64,000 bases of DNA. It comes from Candidatus Bathyarchaeota archaeon. Lineage in GTDB: Archaea; Thermoproteota; Bathyarchaeia; Bathyarchaeales; SOJC01. The stretch covers positions 27,283-91,282 of the forward strand of contig JAOZHR010000016.1 of NCBI GenBank assembly GCA_026014805.1, written 5' to 3'. Below, piece after piece: positions 35,082 to 45,042 of this stretch; the first letter of the stretch is position 1; the number at the start of each line of letters is the position of its first letter. A program made the translations under genes and the position numbers. The notes below the pieces were generated by a model, which was not told the DNA's origin, ran no database searches, and saw nothing but the letters and a program-made list of their open reading frames with translations.

Positions 35082-35897
35082 ATGGACTGGCTCGAAATCC
35101 TCACCGAAACCACCCAACATATAAAGGCAACAGTCACACCGCTAATTAAAACTCCCATCGCCGAAAAAACCTACGGCACAGGAGCAGGCGGCGACTTAAA
35201 AAAGCACATAGATCTCCAAGCCGAAAAAGCACTAATAGAAACACTAACCGAACACAACCTAGACTTCACCCTCATCAGCGAAGAAACAGGCACAAAATGT
35301 TATGGTTCAAAGCCCACCTATTACGTCACAACAGACCCCATAGACGGAACCACCAACACCCTAAGAGGCATACCCTTCGCCTGCACCAGCATCGCCATCA
35401 GCAAAACCCCCCACCTCGACGCCATTCAAGCAGCCGTAGTTGCAGACCTCTTTCACGATGCGACTTACCTAGCCCAAAAAAACCTCGGCGCTTACCGCAA
35501 CTACCAAAAAATCACTCCAGCACAGACAGCCAACCTAACCGGAGCCCTCATAGGTTTGGATCTTAACACCTACAAAGTCCCGGAACTGTCAGCAAAACTC
35601 AACCAACTCTTAACACAAACCAGACACATCCGTCATCTCGGAGCCAACGCGTTGGAACTCTGCTACGTAGCTGATGGCACCACGGACGCCTTCATAGACA
35701 TCCGAAGCAAAATCCGCACCACAGACATAGCTGCAGCCACTCTCATCATACAAGAAGCAGGCGGCATTATCACCACTCCCCAAAACACACCCCTAAAAAA
35801 CCTGCTAAGCCCCACAGAAAAAGTAGCTTTCATCGCCGCAGGAAACACTAGTCTTCACCAAACCATACTAAAAACCCTCGAAAAGGCACAATCTTAA
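35082..35897 (+). CDS. suhB: Inositol monophosphatase / fructose-1,6-bisphosphatase family protein (archaeal IMPase/FBPase type)
   Basis: LISEETG, TTDPIDGTTN and a C-terminal AAGN region. Confidence 0.75.
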   Translation: MDWLEILTETTQHIKATVTPLIKTPIAEKTYGTGAGGDLKKHIDLQAEKALIETLTEHNLDFTLISEETGTKCYGSKPTYYVTTDPIDGTTNTLRGIPFACTSIAISKTPHLDAIQAAVVADLFHDATYLAQKNLGAYRNYQKITPAQTANLTGALIGLDLNTYKVPELSAKLNQLLTQTRHIRHLGANALELCYVADGTTDAFIDIRSKIRTTDIAAATLIIQEAGGIITTPQNTPLKNLLSPTEKVAFIAAGNTSLHQTILKTLEKAQS

Positions 35898-36727
35898 TGA
35901 TAACACTTGTAAAAGACTATCCAGCCCTCCTCCACAAACAAAAACAACACAAAACCCTCATCATCGCAGATCTTCACCTAGGCTGGGAAATAAACCTCGC
36001 GAAAAAAGGCATCCACATCCCGTCACAAATGCCAAAAATCCTTCAAGAACTCCTTCAACTGATGAACAAAACAAAACCAAACACCCTCATAATCCTGGGA
36101 GACGTAAAACACAGCATAGTAAAAGCAGAGCCAAGCGAATGGCGAGACATACCTGAATTCTTCAAAACCATAAAAACCAGGGTCAACGACATCCAAGTCA
36201 TCCGCGGAAACCACGACGGAAACCTTAAACCACTACTCCCTCCAACCGTACAACTACACCCCTCAACAGGCATAACCCTAAACACAACAGGGCTTTTCCA
36301 CGGACACACATGGCCAGCTAAAAAACTCCTAAACTGCAAAACCCTCATAATGGGCCACGCCCACCCAACAGTTGCCTTCCGCGACTTCCTCGGATTCCGA
36401 ATAACAACGCCAGTTTGGATAAAAGCCAAATGCAACACCGAAAAGCTGGCAAGCGCATACTTAAAAGGCAAACATATCAAAACAAACACTAACCCCACTG
36501 CAATCATCCAAAAAAAATTCAACATAAAACCCAGAGTTAAGCAACTAATCATAATGCCGTGCTTCAACGACTTCCTCGGAGGACGCCCTATCAACAAAAA
36601 GCGCGAACGCAAAAGTTACATCGGCCCGATTCTCCGCTCCGAAGCAATAAACAGAGACAAAGCAGAAGTATACATGCTCGATGGAACATTCCTAGGAACC
36701 ATAGAACAACTTAAAGCGCTAAACTAG
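35897..36727 (+). CDS. Calcineurin-like metallophosphoesterase (SbcD/Mre11-related archaeal type)
   Basis: LIIADLHLG, ILGDVKH, GNHD and GHAHP. Its ATG overlaps the upstream TAA by 1 nt. Confidence 0.75.
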   Translation: MITLVKDYPALLHKQKQHKTLIIADLHLGWEINLAKKGIHIPSQMPKILQELLQLMNKTKPNTLIILGDVKHSIVKAEPSEWRDIPEFFKTIKTRVNDIQVIRGNHDGNLKPLLPPTVQLHPSTGITLNTTGLFHGHTWPAKKLLNCKTLIMGHAHPTVAFRDFLGFRITTPVWIKAKCNTEKLASAYLKGKHIKTNTNPTAIIQKKFNIKPRVKQLIIMPCFNDFLGGRPINKKRERKSYIGPILRSEAINRDKAEVYMLDGTFLGTIEQLKALN

Positions 36728-36790
36728 ACGCTGCAAAGGAAAAAATCTTATTAGATTCGTTCTCCAGTTTTACACTGAGATGAAAAAATC

Positions 36791-37387
36791 TTGTCCAGGG
36801 ACGAAAATTTTGAAAGATGGTTTAGAAGAAAAATGCGACGACCATTCTCCAGTGGATGGTTCTTTGAAGATATAGATGAAATGCTTCGTGACATTGAAGA
36901 AATAATGAACAAAGAACTAAAAGAATTCACTTCTCGCATACCAAAAGGCTACGTGAGAGAACGCAAATTGCCAGATGGAAGAAAAATCCGCGAATTAGGC
37001 CCCTTCGTATACGGCTACTCCATGACAATCGGCCCCAACGGAAAACCAGTAATAAGAGAATTTGGAAACATCCAACCCAGCAAGCGTGGACCAATGATAA
37101 AAGAAGAACGTGAACCTCTAGTCGACGTAGTAAACACAGATGGCGAAGTAAAAGTAGTTGCTGAACTGCCAGGAGTAAACAAAAAAGACATAAAGCTCCA
37201 CGTTTTGGACGACATACTAACGATTTCTGTTAACACGCCAGATCACAAATACTACAAAGAAATAAATCTGCCGACTGAAGTCAAACCAAAAAACGCAGAG
37301 ACATCCTATAAAAACGGCGTGTTAGAAGTAACGTTGCAAAAGACTGAAAAGCGCAAAGCAAAGGGAAAATCCATCAAAATAGAGTAA
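36791..37387 (+). CDS. Small heat shock protein, Hsp20/alpha-crystallin family
   Basis: VDVVNTDGEVKVVAELPGVNKKDIKLHV..LTISV and SYKNGVLEVTLQK. The track start is TTG, and an ATG lies near 36833. Confidence 0.85.
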   Translation: MSRDENFERWFRRKMRRPFSSGWFFEDIDEMLRDIEEIMNKELKEFTSRIPKGYVRERKLPDGRKIRELGPFVYGYSMTIGPNGKPVIREFGNIQPSKRGPMIKEEREPLVDVVNTDGEVKVVAELPGVNKKDIKLHVLDDILTISVNTPDHKYYKEINLPTEVKPKNAETSYKNGVLEVTLQKTEKRKAKGKSIKIE

Positions 37388-37428
37388 GCCACCTTTTTCT
37401 TACCTTTCTTGTTCGCAGCCACCCTTTT

Positions 37429-37875
37429 ATGCAATTCTTATTAATACTAATCGCGGCGAACCACTTGGCAAAAACCTCAGAGCTTGAAATACTTCAGCAA
37501 ATCTGCAAAAAAGCAGCAACTGGAAAACTAATCAAGGAGGCTGACTTGAACAAACTCTCCAGTGCCTTCGACCAACGTTTCGCAAAAGCCTGGGAAACGG
37601 TCAAAGACAAACGCGTAAAAAAGTATGTTTTCAAACCCAGCAACCGCATCGTCTGGATCGTTGTAGGAAAAGAACGGGACTATCTAATAATGCCTGCAGT
37701 TGATTTTTGCACATGTGACGATTTCTACTTCCGAGTAATGGATAGACAGATACATTTATGTTACCACCTGATAGCACAGAAGCTAGCTAAAACATTAGAA
37801 AGCTATGACTCGTATAAAGAAGAAGATAGGCTTTATAGCGTGTTAATGAAGGAATGGAAAAAGGCGATAGCTTAA
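37429..37875 (+). CDS. SWIM zinc-finger protein
   Basis: CxC..CxH pattern FCTCDDFYFRVMDRQIHLCYHLIA. Confidence 0.7.
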   Translation: MQFLLILIAANHLAKTSELEILQQICKKAATGKLIKEADLNKLSSAFDQRFAKAWETVKDKRVKKYVFKPSNRIVWIVVGKERDYLIMPAVDFCTCDDFYFRVMDRQIHLCYHLIAQKLAKTLESYDSYKEEDRLYSVLMKEWKKAIA

Positions 37876-38067
37876 ATAACCAATTGTGTTAACTATGCAA
37901 AAGGAGAAAACCCACATTGGGCATAGAAGAGTTCTTCCAAGCAATAATGTACATTTTGATGACCACGGCGTTCATAACTTTGGTGATCATTTTCCTTACA
38001 CTACTTCGCGGGCAAGAAGAAGGAACTCAATAATCAAAAAGGGAACTGTGACATAATTCCACTAAAT

Positions 38068-38322
38068 CTATTTTGCTTTATGTCTAATGAGAAAGAACAG
38101 AAGCAAACATGAAAACGTCAAAACTATAGCAAGGAACATGGCTGATAAAGCATGAGGTCCAGATCCAATCATAATTGGGATAGGGCCGACGAAAATTATG
38201 ATGCCTGTGCTAACAGAGTTGCCAGAGACAAAGCAGGAAGCCATAATCAAGATAGTTCCTGTGAAGATTAGTGAAAGGCCAACCAGAAGCAACCTAAACC
38301 CAGTTAATTGAGACATCGCCAT
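38068..38322 (-). CDS. Small membrane protein, DUF131/TIGR00304-like
   Basis: TM, then GIIIFVGPIPIMIGSG, then TM. It is a paralogue of the adjacent ORF. Confidence 0.6.
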   Translation of the reverse strand: MAMSQLTGFRLLLVGLSLIFTGTILIMASCFVSGNSVSTGIIIFVGPIPIMIGSGPHALSAMFLAIVLTFSCLLLFFLIRHKAK

Positions 38323-38337
38323 ACTTCCATGTCTTTC

Positions 38338-38595
38338 CTACAAATAGCTAAAAGCAATTTTGACGAGGAAAAGCACCACCAAAATAATAGATAGAACAAA
38401 AAGCGCTTTCACAGTTCTTCTGTCGGTTCCAAAGACTATAGGAAAAGGCCCGATGATAATTGCACCTCCACCTCCAACTTTCTTTTCACCATTTGTTGAC
38501 GAAAAAAGCAGAAAAATTACAGCAATAAAAACTACTATGACTCCTGCTAGAATAAGCATGAAACCTAAAGTCGATAAAAGAGTAGAATCAATCAT
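38338..38595 (-). CDS. Small membrane protein, DUF131/TIGR00304-like
   Basis: TM, then GGAIIIGPFPIVFGTD, then TM. It is a paralogue of the adjacent ORF. Confidence 0.6.
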   Translation of the reverse strand: MIDSTLLSTLGFMLILAGVIVVFIAVIFLLFSSTNGEKKVGGGGAIIIGPFPIVFGTDRRTVKALFVLSIILVVLFLVKIAFSYL

Positions 38596-38635
38596 TGAAA
38601 TTCACTGCTTATACAGTGAAAGGGCTAAATTCTGA

Positions 38636-38875
38636 CTATTTTTCTATAGAAATGTAGAGGATGTTATTTCCTCTAACTAAGACGCTGCCATAGTTGGCGA
38701 TTAGCTTTTCACCTCTACATTCAGTGGCACCTTCTAGAATAATGTTCATATGACCATCACATTTCTTCATGTTACCTTTATACGTGACGCCATTTTTCAG
38801 TGTTATGTTGACATTGCTGTTTAGTTGTTTCACTAAAACGTTCAAGGGTTTCTTGCTTGGCTCTAAACTGTTCAC
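38636..38875 (-). CDS. Sm-like (LSm) archaeal protein
   Basis: Sm1/Sm2 pattern: PLNVLVKQLNSNVNITLKNGVTYKGNMKKCDGHMNIILEGA and VLVRGNNILYISI. Confidence 0.85.
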   Translation of the reverse strand: MNSLEPSKKPLNVLVKQLNSNVNITLKNGVTYKGNMKKCDGHMNIILEGATECRGEKLIANYGSVLVRGNNILYISIEK

Positions 38876-39098
38876 GTTAATGACTCCTGATGAATATGAG
38901 ACATAGCCCTACCATATAAAAGTTTTATGAGAACTTGTCCCTAAGCTAGACAGCTTTCAGTTCCAAAACTTTCCCAACCTCAAGGGTTAACGCTGAACCC
39001 TGTCCCCCTTACATCTGTAATGATTTATGTGAACCTTCAAAAGCCATCGGATTGAAATCTAGCTACTGGTCTGTTGTTAATGCTTCAGTTTCCGCGGT

Positions 39099-39581
39099 TT
39101 ACCCGCCTGGTGTACCGTGGAATGGAACGTTCTTCCAGAGGATTTCCCACCAATCTTCTTCTGTTATGGCTTCTTTTTTGACGACTAACTCCATGATTTT
39201 GTTGAGGAGTTCATGGTGTTTTCTTTCGTCGACAGCTATGGACTCTAGTAGAAACTTGACTTTCTTGTCTTTTATTTTAGGCATAATTTCGCCTAGGGTG
39301 GATATGACCTTTTCTTCGTCCGCGATGTGCTTTGCGGTTATCTTTTCAAGTTCTCTATATTCTTTGTCTGTTAACGCTGGAGTGACTGTAGTGATGGACA
39401 TTGCTGCTTTGTAGATTCCGGCATGTTTTTGAGAGTCAAAAGCTATTGCACGTAAAACTTGCTTCACTAAGGGATTTCTCACTGTTTCTAGGCTGTTCGT
39501 GATTGACTCAACGATATGATGTTCCAATTTAATCTGGTCTCTAAAGAATCCCATAATTTCGTCTTCCGGCATCTCACACAT
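39099..39581 (-). CDS. Ferritin-like four-helix-bundle protein (hypothetical)
   Basis: Two half-sites with E..(E/D)xxH-like pairs: KLEHH / DSQKH and ADEEK / DERKHH. Confidence 0.4.
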   Translation of the reverse strand: MCEMPEDEIMGFFRDQIKLEHHIVESITNSLETVRNPLVKQVLRAIAFDSQKHAGIYKAAMSITTVTPALTDKEYRELEKITAKHIADEEKVISTLGEIMPKIKDKKVKFLLESIAVDERKHHELLNKIMELVVKKEAITEEDWWEILWKNVPFHGTPGG

Positions 39582-39637
39582 TCCTCCCGTTTACAATCCA
39601 TGTTTACGCAAATATAACCACTATTAAAGATAGTGTT

Positions 39638-40417
39638 TTAAAGCATTTGAGAAATTATGACTAAAGCACCAGCTGCCCAGCAATAAAGCGCAAACCAGTG
39701 AAACCTCTTTTTCATAACTACTTTCCGCAAAACTTTGAGCGATAGGTAACCCACAGCCATCGATGTCACAACACCTACAACCACTGCAATCACATCTCCG
39801 TGGCCAATTAATAAATTCAAATCGCCCGACTTCGCGATAGTCGCACCTAAAACCGCTGGAATCGACAATAAAAAAGAGAATCTAAAAGCGGTTTCCTTAC
39901 CCACTCTTCGCAGTAGCCCTATAGAAATAGTGGCTCCGCTCCTTGAAATACCGGGAATTATAGCGGTTCCCTGTGCTATTCCTACAAGCAACGAGTCCAG
40001 AAAGCCTAAAGCCTTATCGCCTTCTCTTTGTTCTGAGAAGAAAAGTAAGAAGCCAGTTGCCAAAAGAGCGGCTCCCACGACAAGCAAGTTGTCAAAAAAA
40101 GACTCGAAAAGATCTTGAAAAATGTAACCAATAACCGCGGTAGGTACACTGCCCACAATAACACAAACGCCAAGCTTCCCCTCTTCAGACCTTAAATTTC
40201 GCCTAACAAGCGCCTTCAAAACCTCTACAATGTCTCTTCGAAAGAAAGCCACAATCACAACAAGTGTACCCACATGAAGAAGAACAAAAAAAATCACAGG
40301 TGGTCGCCAACCAAAAAATTCCTTTGCAATAGCCAAATGCCCCGAGCTAGACATTGGCAACCACTCTGTCAAGCCTTGAATTACCCCAAAAATCACCGCT
40401 TCGATAAACGACGCCAT
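39638..40417 (-). CDS. uppP: Undecaprenyl/polyprenyl-diphosphate phosphatase (BacA/UppP)
   Basis: GVIQGLTEWLPMSSSGHL and PGISRSGATI. Confidence 0.9.
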   Translation of the reverse strand: MASFIEAVIFGVIQGLTEWLPMSSSGHLAIAKEFFGWRPPVIFFVLLHVGTLVVIVAFFRRDIVEVLKALVRRNLRSEEGKLGVCVIVGSVPTAVIGYIFQDLFESFFDNLLVVGAALLATGFLLFFSEQREGDKALGFLDSLLVGIAQGTAIIPGISRSGATISIGLLRRVGKETAFRFSFLLSIPAVLGATIAKSGDLNLLIGHGDVIAVVVGVVTSMAVGYLSLKVLRKVVMKKRFHWFALYCWAAGALVIISQML

Positions 40418-40610
40418 AAACTTCCCAGTTGTCCCACCACATATTTAAGTTTCCCAAAACCGCAACAGTCCCAGCTCTGATCAGAAGCCTATTCAGAGAC
40501 AAATAAAATCCCTAGAAGCGGGGCACAAGCTGAATCCCATCACGCTTATAAGAAGACATAAATAGTTTATCCCATTTGTTCTTTTGAAGTTATCACGTGG
40601 GATAATATTT

Positions 40611-40775
40611 ATGCCCCAAAAGGTTTTTTGTCAAAAATGCGGTTACGTTTTATATAACGGCCCGGACCTGAAACCGCCAGACGAAATCATACAGAAATAC
40701 GACGGAAAATGTCCAAAATGCGGCAGAAAACTATCCTCCGTACCCATAGATGTGGAAGTCAAGCCAGCAGAATAG
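40611..40775 (+). CDS. Small zinc-ribbon protein
   Basis: MPQKVFCQKCGYVLY..(25)..KCPKCGRKL. Two CxxC pairs. Confidence 0.55.
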   Translation: MPQKVFCQKCGYVLYNGPDLKPPDEIIQKYDGKCPKCGRKLSSVPIDVEVKPAE

Positions 40776-40797
40776 AAAGTTGACAAGGTGTCGTGAC

Positions 40798-41934
40798 TTG
40801 AGTAAGCAAGGACAAAAGACCCACCTCTACAAGTTTAACGCCAAAAACGGTAAAATAGTCTCCTTCGCAGAGTTTGAAATGCCAATTTGGTACAAAGGCA
40901 TAATTCCAGAACATTTGGCGGTAAGAAACAACGTTGGTATTTTCGACGTAACTCACATGGGAAGAGTAATAATCACCGGACCTGACGCCGAAGCATTCCT
41001 CAACTACGTAACAACAAACAACGTCTCCACCCTAGAACCCCTAAGCGCCCACTACTCAACCATGTGCAACGAAAGAGGCGGAATAAAAGACGACTTCGTC
41101 ATCTCACGACAAGAAAAAGAAAAATTCTTCATGGTATACAACGCCGCTAACAGAAACAAAAACTATCAATGGCTAACAAAACAAGCAACCCACTTCAACG
41201 TAAAAATAGAAGACATGTCAGACAACATAGCCATGTTCGCAGTCCAAGGACCCAAAGCCCAAGAAACGCTACAGAAAATTTCCACCGAAGACCTAAACGA
41301 AATTAAACGATTCAAATGCGGCTGGACAAAACTCGCAGGCCTTGAAGCTTTCATTTCAAGAACAGGCTACACAGGCGAAGACGGATTCGAAGTGTTCATC
41401 TGGAACACTCCCGTTTCAAACCCGGAAAAAGCAGTAAAAGCGTGGAACACAATTCTTGAAGCGGGAAACGAATTTCTCATTGAGCCTTGCGGCTTAGGCG
41501 CCAGAGACACTTTAAGACTAGAAGCTGGCATGTGCCTCTATGGCAACGACATTGACGAAAACACTACGCCCCTAGAAGCGAGAATAAGTTTTGTGGTGAA
41601 GCTGAAAAAAGAAAATTTCATAGGCAAGGAAGCCCTGCTCAAACAGAAAGCTGAAGGAGTAAAGAAAAAGCGTATTTGTCTAAAAATGCTTGGACCTGGA
41701 ATTCCACGCCCCAAGCATGAAATCTCTAAAGACGGGGAGAAAATAGGTTATCTGACAAGCGGAACCTTCTCGCCTCTATTAAAGTACGGCATCGCTATGG
41801 CCTATGTCCAAACGGAGCATGCAATTCAAGGTGAAACAGTAAACGTAAAGATAAGAAATAAACAGGCAAAAGCTGAGATAGTCAAATCACCATTCTACGA
41901 CCCCAATCGATATGGTCACGCAAGAAAACACTGA
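40798..41934 (+). CDS. gcvT: Glycine cleavage system T protein (aminomethyltransferase)
   Basis: KTHLYKFNAKNGKIVSFAEFEMPIWY, GIFDVTHMG, RTGYTGEDGFE and ARDTLRLEAG. The track ORF starts at 40750 and overlaps the upstream gene. The TTG at 40798 fits the usual N-terminus. Confidence 0.85.
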   Translation: MSKQGQKTHLYKFNAKNGKIVSFAEFEMPIWYKGIIPEHLAVRNNVGIFDVTHMGRVIITGPDAEAFLNYVTTNNVSTLEPLSAHYSTMCNERGGIKDDFVISRQEKEKFFMVYNAANRNKNYQWLTKQATHFNVKIEDMSDNIAMFAVQGPKAQETLQKISTEDLNEIKRFKCGWTKLAGLEAFISRTGYTGEDGFEVFIWNTPVSNPEKAVKAWNTILEAGNEFLIEPCGLGARDTLRLEAGMCLYGNDIDENTTPLEARISFVVKLKKENFIGKEALLKQKAEGVKKKRICLKMLGPGIPRPKHEISKDGEKIGYLTSGTFSPLLKYGIAMAYVQTEHAIQGETVNVKIRNKQAKAEIVKSPFYDPNRYGHARKH

Positions 41935-42010
41935 TGCAAAATGCTTTCGGAACCGCAAGGGAAATAAAAGAGTTTTATCAACTTGATTGAGCAAAAAGGG
42001 GACGTGACTA

Positions 42011-44185
42011 TTGGACCTTAGAAATTTGATATCACGAGAAAAAATAGTGGACGCTCTACATAGTCTATCAAACTTAAGAATCCCTGTTTCTCGTTCCACT
42101 TTGCTCACAATTTCAGCATTAACGTTAATTTTCTTTGTCGCCTTCTCTATAAGACTGTTCCCTATCCGTTGGGGGCTCGAACTCTCAGAATTCGACCCGT
42201 ACTTTCAATATCAGTTTACAGAAAAAATAGTGAAAGACGGATACTTCGACTGGGTTACGTGGAAAACGTCTGAAGCCAATCGATGGTATCCTCTTGAAGT
42301 ATCGGTCGGGCGCGCAGCTTTTCCTGGTCTTCCTCTAACCGCTGCAACCCTGTACAACATACTCTCTATCTTGGGGGTGCCCATATCCCTATACCACTTT
42401 TGCATAATATTTCCAGTTATTTTTGGGGCGTTGGCGTGTTTAATAGCGTTTTTCTTAGGAAGCGATGTTGGAGGCAAGACTGTAGGTCTTTTCTCTGCCT
42501 TCTTCCTCGCATTGAATTCATCCCATATTACAAGAACATCTATAGGATTTTTCGATGATGAAACCGTTGGAATAGGGGCTATTCTCCTTTTCGCGTTTTT
42601 GTTTCTCAGAGCCTTAGATGAAAAACGCCCCAAAAAACACTCTGCACTTTATGCCGTCACAGCTGGTTTGACGCTTGGTTATGTAACCGCCTCATGGGGA
42701 GCAGCACTCTACCCAATAGCGATGGCAACTCTCTTTGTATTTACCCTGATTTTGCTTAAGCGTTACACACGTCGCTTGCTTATTTCATACAGCATAACAT
42801 TCGGCCTTGGCTTATTTCTAGCAATTAATGTCCCTAAGAACTCCATTAGTTACCTCACTACATGGGCGATTCTGCCAGTGCTAGGCATCTTCGGTTTGCT
42901 ATGTCTTAATGAAGTGTTAAACGCCATAAGCAGCAGAAAATGGAAAATTATCTTAACTGCAGTTTTCTTTGCAACGATGATTGGTGGGTTCCTAATCCTG
43001 TCATATCTGGGGTATATGGGTTCGATTGCAGGAAAGTTTATCGGTGTCATAAATCCGACGCAGCGAGGGGCATCGCAAATATATCAATCAGTTCAAGAGC
43101 ACAGACTTACAGCATGGGGTTCTCTGTACTATGACTACGGTGTTGGCGTGCTCTTTTTCGTGTTAGGCTTGTTCTTTGCAATAAGAGACCTAACTAATAG
43201 AAACCTTTTCTTTGTTATCTTCGGCTTAACGGCATTATACTTCGCTTCTTCTATGGTTCGATTAACCATATTGTTAGCGCCCGCATTCTGCCTTCTGATG
43301 GCAATCGGAATAGTGAACTTGTTGAAACCATTCATAACCATAATGAAAGAGACGCCAAAACTAGCCCTAGGCAAAAGATATATCACAGGACATGTTGGAA
43401 AGGAATTCAGCGGATCGGTTCTCATCCTCATATTCTTGCTTTTAACACTAACCTATGCCTTTCCTTCGCCGAGAATGTATACCCATTCATACTCACCACC
43501 TACAATACTTTCCGCAAGCACCCCAATACGACCATCAGAGCCAATTACTGAGTGGACTGAGATGCTTGAATGGATGAAACTTAACCTTCCAGAAAAAGCA
43601 ATTGTCTGCAGCTGGTGGGACTACGGATATTGGATATCAGTGAAGGGGAATCGAACATCTCTTGCAGATAATGCCACTTTCAACACTACACACATAGGAT
43701 TGATAGGCCAAGTTTTTATGTCCAATGAAACCCAAGCAGTAAAAATTCTAAAAGAGCGATTCAACGGGCCCGATGGACCCCCAACACACATTCTTGTCTT
43801 CACGACATTCAACAGTCTAGGAGGCGACGGTAATTATGGTGACGAGGGAAAATGGCGATGGATGGCTAGAATTGCCAACCAAAGTGTAGCTCCTGGCTTC
43901 TATTGGGAGTCAGAAGACGAACGATCCAATACTTTCGGAAACATAACGGAGGAGGGACAGTGGGTTTGGAATGATGTGGGAAAAAACACAACAATTTACA
44001 AGTTGATGGAAACAGCAAAGTACTCTTTAGGTGGTGCTCCCGAAGAAGCACCTGACCTAGAATTCTTCAAAGTCTCCCACTTCTCGCCTGGAAACCCAAT
44101 AGCATCCCTTGGAACTTACGAAGAACAAACCGTGTACCTTTTCGCGTTGGTTGCTCTTTATGAAGTGAATTACCCCGCTGCTTGA
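42011..44185 (+). CDS. aglB: Archaeal oligosaccharyltransferase AglB (STT3 family)
   Basis: EFDPYFQYQ in the first loop, GFFDDETVG, and the catalytic WWDYGYWI motif. Confidence 0.9.
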   Translation: MDLRNLISREKIVDALHSLSNLRIPVSRSTLLTISALTLIFFVAFSIRLFPIRWGLELSEFDPYFQYQFTEKIVKDGYFDWVTWKTSEANRWYPLEVSVGRAAFPGLPLTAATLYNILSILGVPISLYHFCIIFPVIFGALACLIAFFLGSDVGGKTVGLFSAFFLALNSSHITRTSIGFFDDETVGIGAILLFAFLFLRALDEKRPKKHSALYAVTAGLTLGYVTASWGAALYPIAMATLFVFTLILLKRYTRRLLISYSITFGLGLFLAINVPKNSISYLTTWAILPVLGIFGLLCLNEVLNAISSRKWKIILTAVFFATMIGGFLILSYLGYMGSIAGKFIGVINPTQRGASQIYQSVQEHRLTAWGSLYYDYGVGVLFFVLGLFFAIRDLTNRNLFFVIFGLTALYFASSMVRLTILLAPAFCLLMAIGIVNLLKPFITIMKETPKLALGKRYITGHVGKEFSGSVLILIFLLLTLTYAFPSPRMYTHSYSPPTILSASTPIRPSEPITEWTEMLEWMKLNLPEKAIVCSWWDYGYWISVKGNRTSLADNATFNTTHIGLIGQVFMSNETQAVKILKERFNGPDGPPTHILVFTTFNSLGGDGNYGDEGKWRWMARIANQSVAPGFYWESEDERSNTFGNITEEGQWVWNDVGKNTTIYKLMETAKYSLGGAPEEAPDLEFFKVSHFSPGNPIASLGTYEEQTVYLFALVALYEVNYPAA

Positions 44186-45042
44186 AGGCGAAAAACTTGT
44201 TTCCTAAAGCGGTTGATCAACATAAGCCAAACAAACCTTTAGTTCCAAATGGGCTCGGCGTGACATATGTCCTAGTTAGTGCAGTCTACCTTTTTGTACT
44301 CTACTTTTTTGACCATGCAACAGCCTTGCCTTTAGCCGGGTGTATTTTATTCGGCGGATTTATGGGACTTCTTGATGACTGGGTAGACTTGAGATGGCGA
44401 TACAAAGCGTTTCTACCACTATTTGCATCATTGCCCTTAGCCGTGCAGAGAGAAGCAATAGGTCCCGAAGCCACAAAAATGGCGACGTATATCTTCGGCA
44501 AAATTGATTTCGGCATCTACTTCTACATCATAGTAATACCGATAATAGTCACTATAACGACTAATGCAGTAAATCAACTTGGCGGGTTAAACGGTTTAGA
44601 AACTATCTGCCCTTCTATTATCATGGTTGGATTAATGGTTACTTCCCCTAAGACCAATGTTCTTCTTTTTGCGCCTTTTCTCATCTACCTAATTCTTGCC
44701 TGCTTAAACTTTTCTGGAAAGATTTTTGTTGGGAATACTGGTACTTTCGCCGTAGGCATCACACTTGCCTCGTACGCAATCATCGCGAATAACGAACAAA
44801 CGTTACTGATTTCAATTCTACCCTTCATCCTCAACTCCTCCCTGATACTGCTAAACATTTTCTTGTTGGGCAAGACAGCCCATCTCATTCTAAAGAATCA
44901 CACACTATGTTCAGAAAACAGGCGCAGTCTGTTAACGCTAATCGCTTACTATAAACCTTTAACTGAGCGGAAACTTGTATCAGTTGTGTCGTTGCTTATT
45001 GCACTTTCAACTTTCATAGCAGTCTTTGCGTGGTTTACATGA
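44182..45042 (+). CDS. aglH: Dolichyl-phosphate GlcNAc-1-phosphate transferase (AglH/ALG7/MraY-WecA superfamily)
   Basis: LLDDWVDL and NAVNQLGGLNGLE (the eukaryal/archaeal N-x-x-N-x-x-x-G-x-N-G-L-E form). Its TTG start overlaps the aglB TGA (TTGA). Confidence 0.75.
   Translation: MKAKNLFPKAVDQHKPNKPLVPNGLGVTYVLVSAVYLFVLYFFDHATALPLAGCILFGGFMGLLDDWVDLRWRYKAFLPLFASLPLAVQREAIGPEATKMATYIFGKIDFGIYFYIIVIPIIVTITTNAVNQLGGLNGLETICPSIIMVGLMVTSPKTNVLLFAPFLIYLILACLNFSGKIFVGNTGTFAVGITLASYAIIANNEQTLLISILPFILNSSLILLNIFLLGKTAHLILKNHTLCSENRRSLLTLIAYYKPLTERKLVSVVSLLIALSTFIAVFAWFT

Noticed and set aside
37917-38033. 38-codon TTG-initiated ORF encoding a single-TM peptide (..FFQAIMYILMTTAFITLVIIFLTLLRGQEEGTQ)
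   Set aside because: It is plausible as a small membrane peptide, but it is short, starts with TTG and has no motif. The support is too weak to list it as a feature.
38876-39098. Possible C/D-box sRNA (CTGATGA at about 38889) in the LSm-downstream spacer
   Set aside because: The C-box-like heptamer starts with C rather than a purine. No properly spaced D', C' and D (CTGA) boxes or terminal stem are visible.
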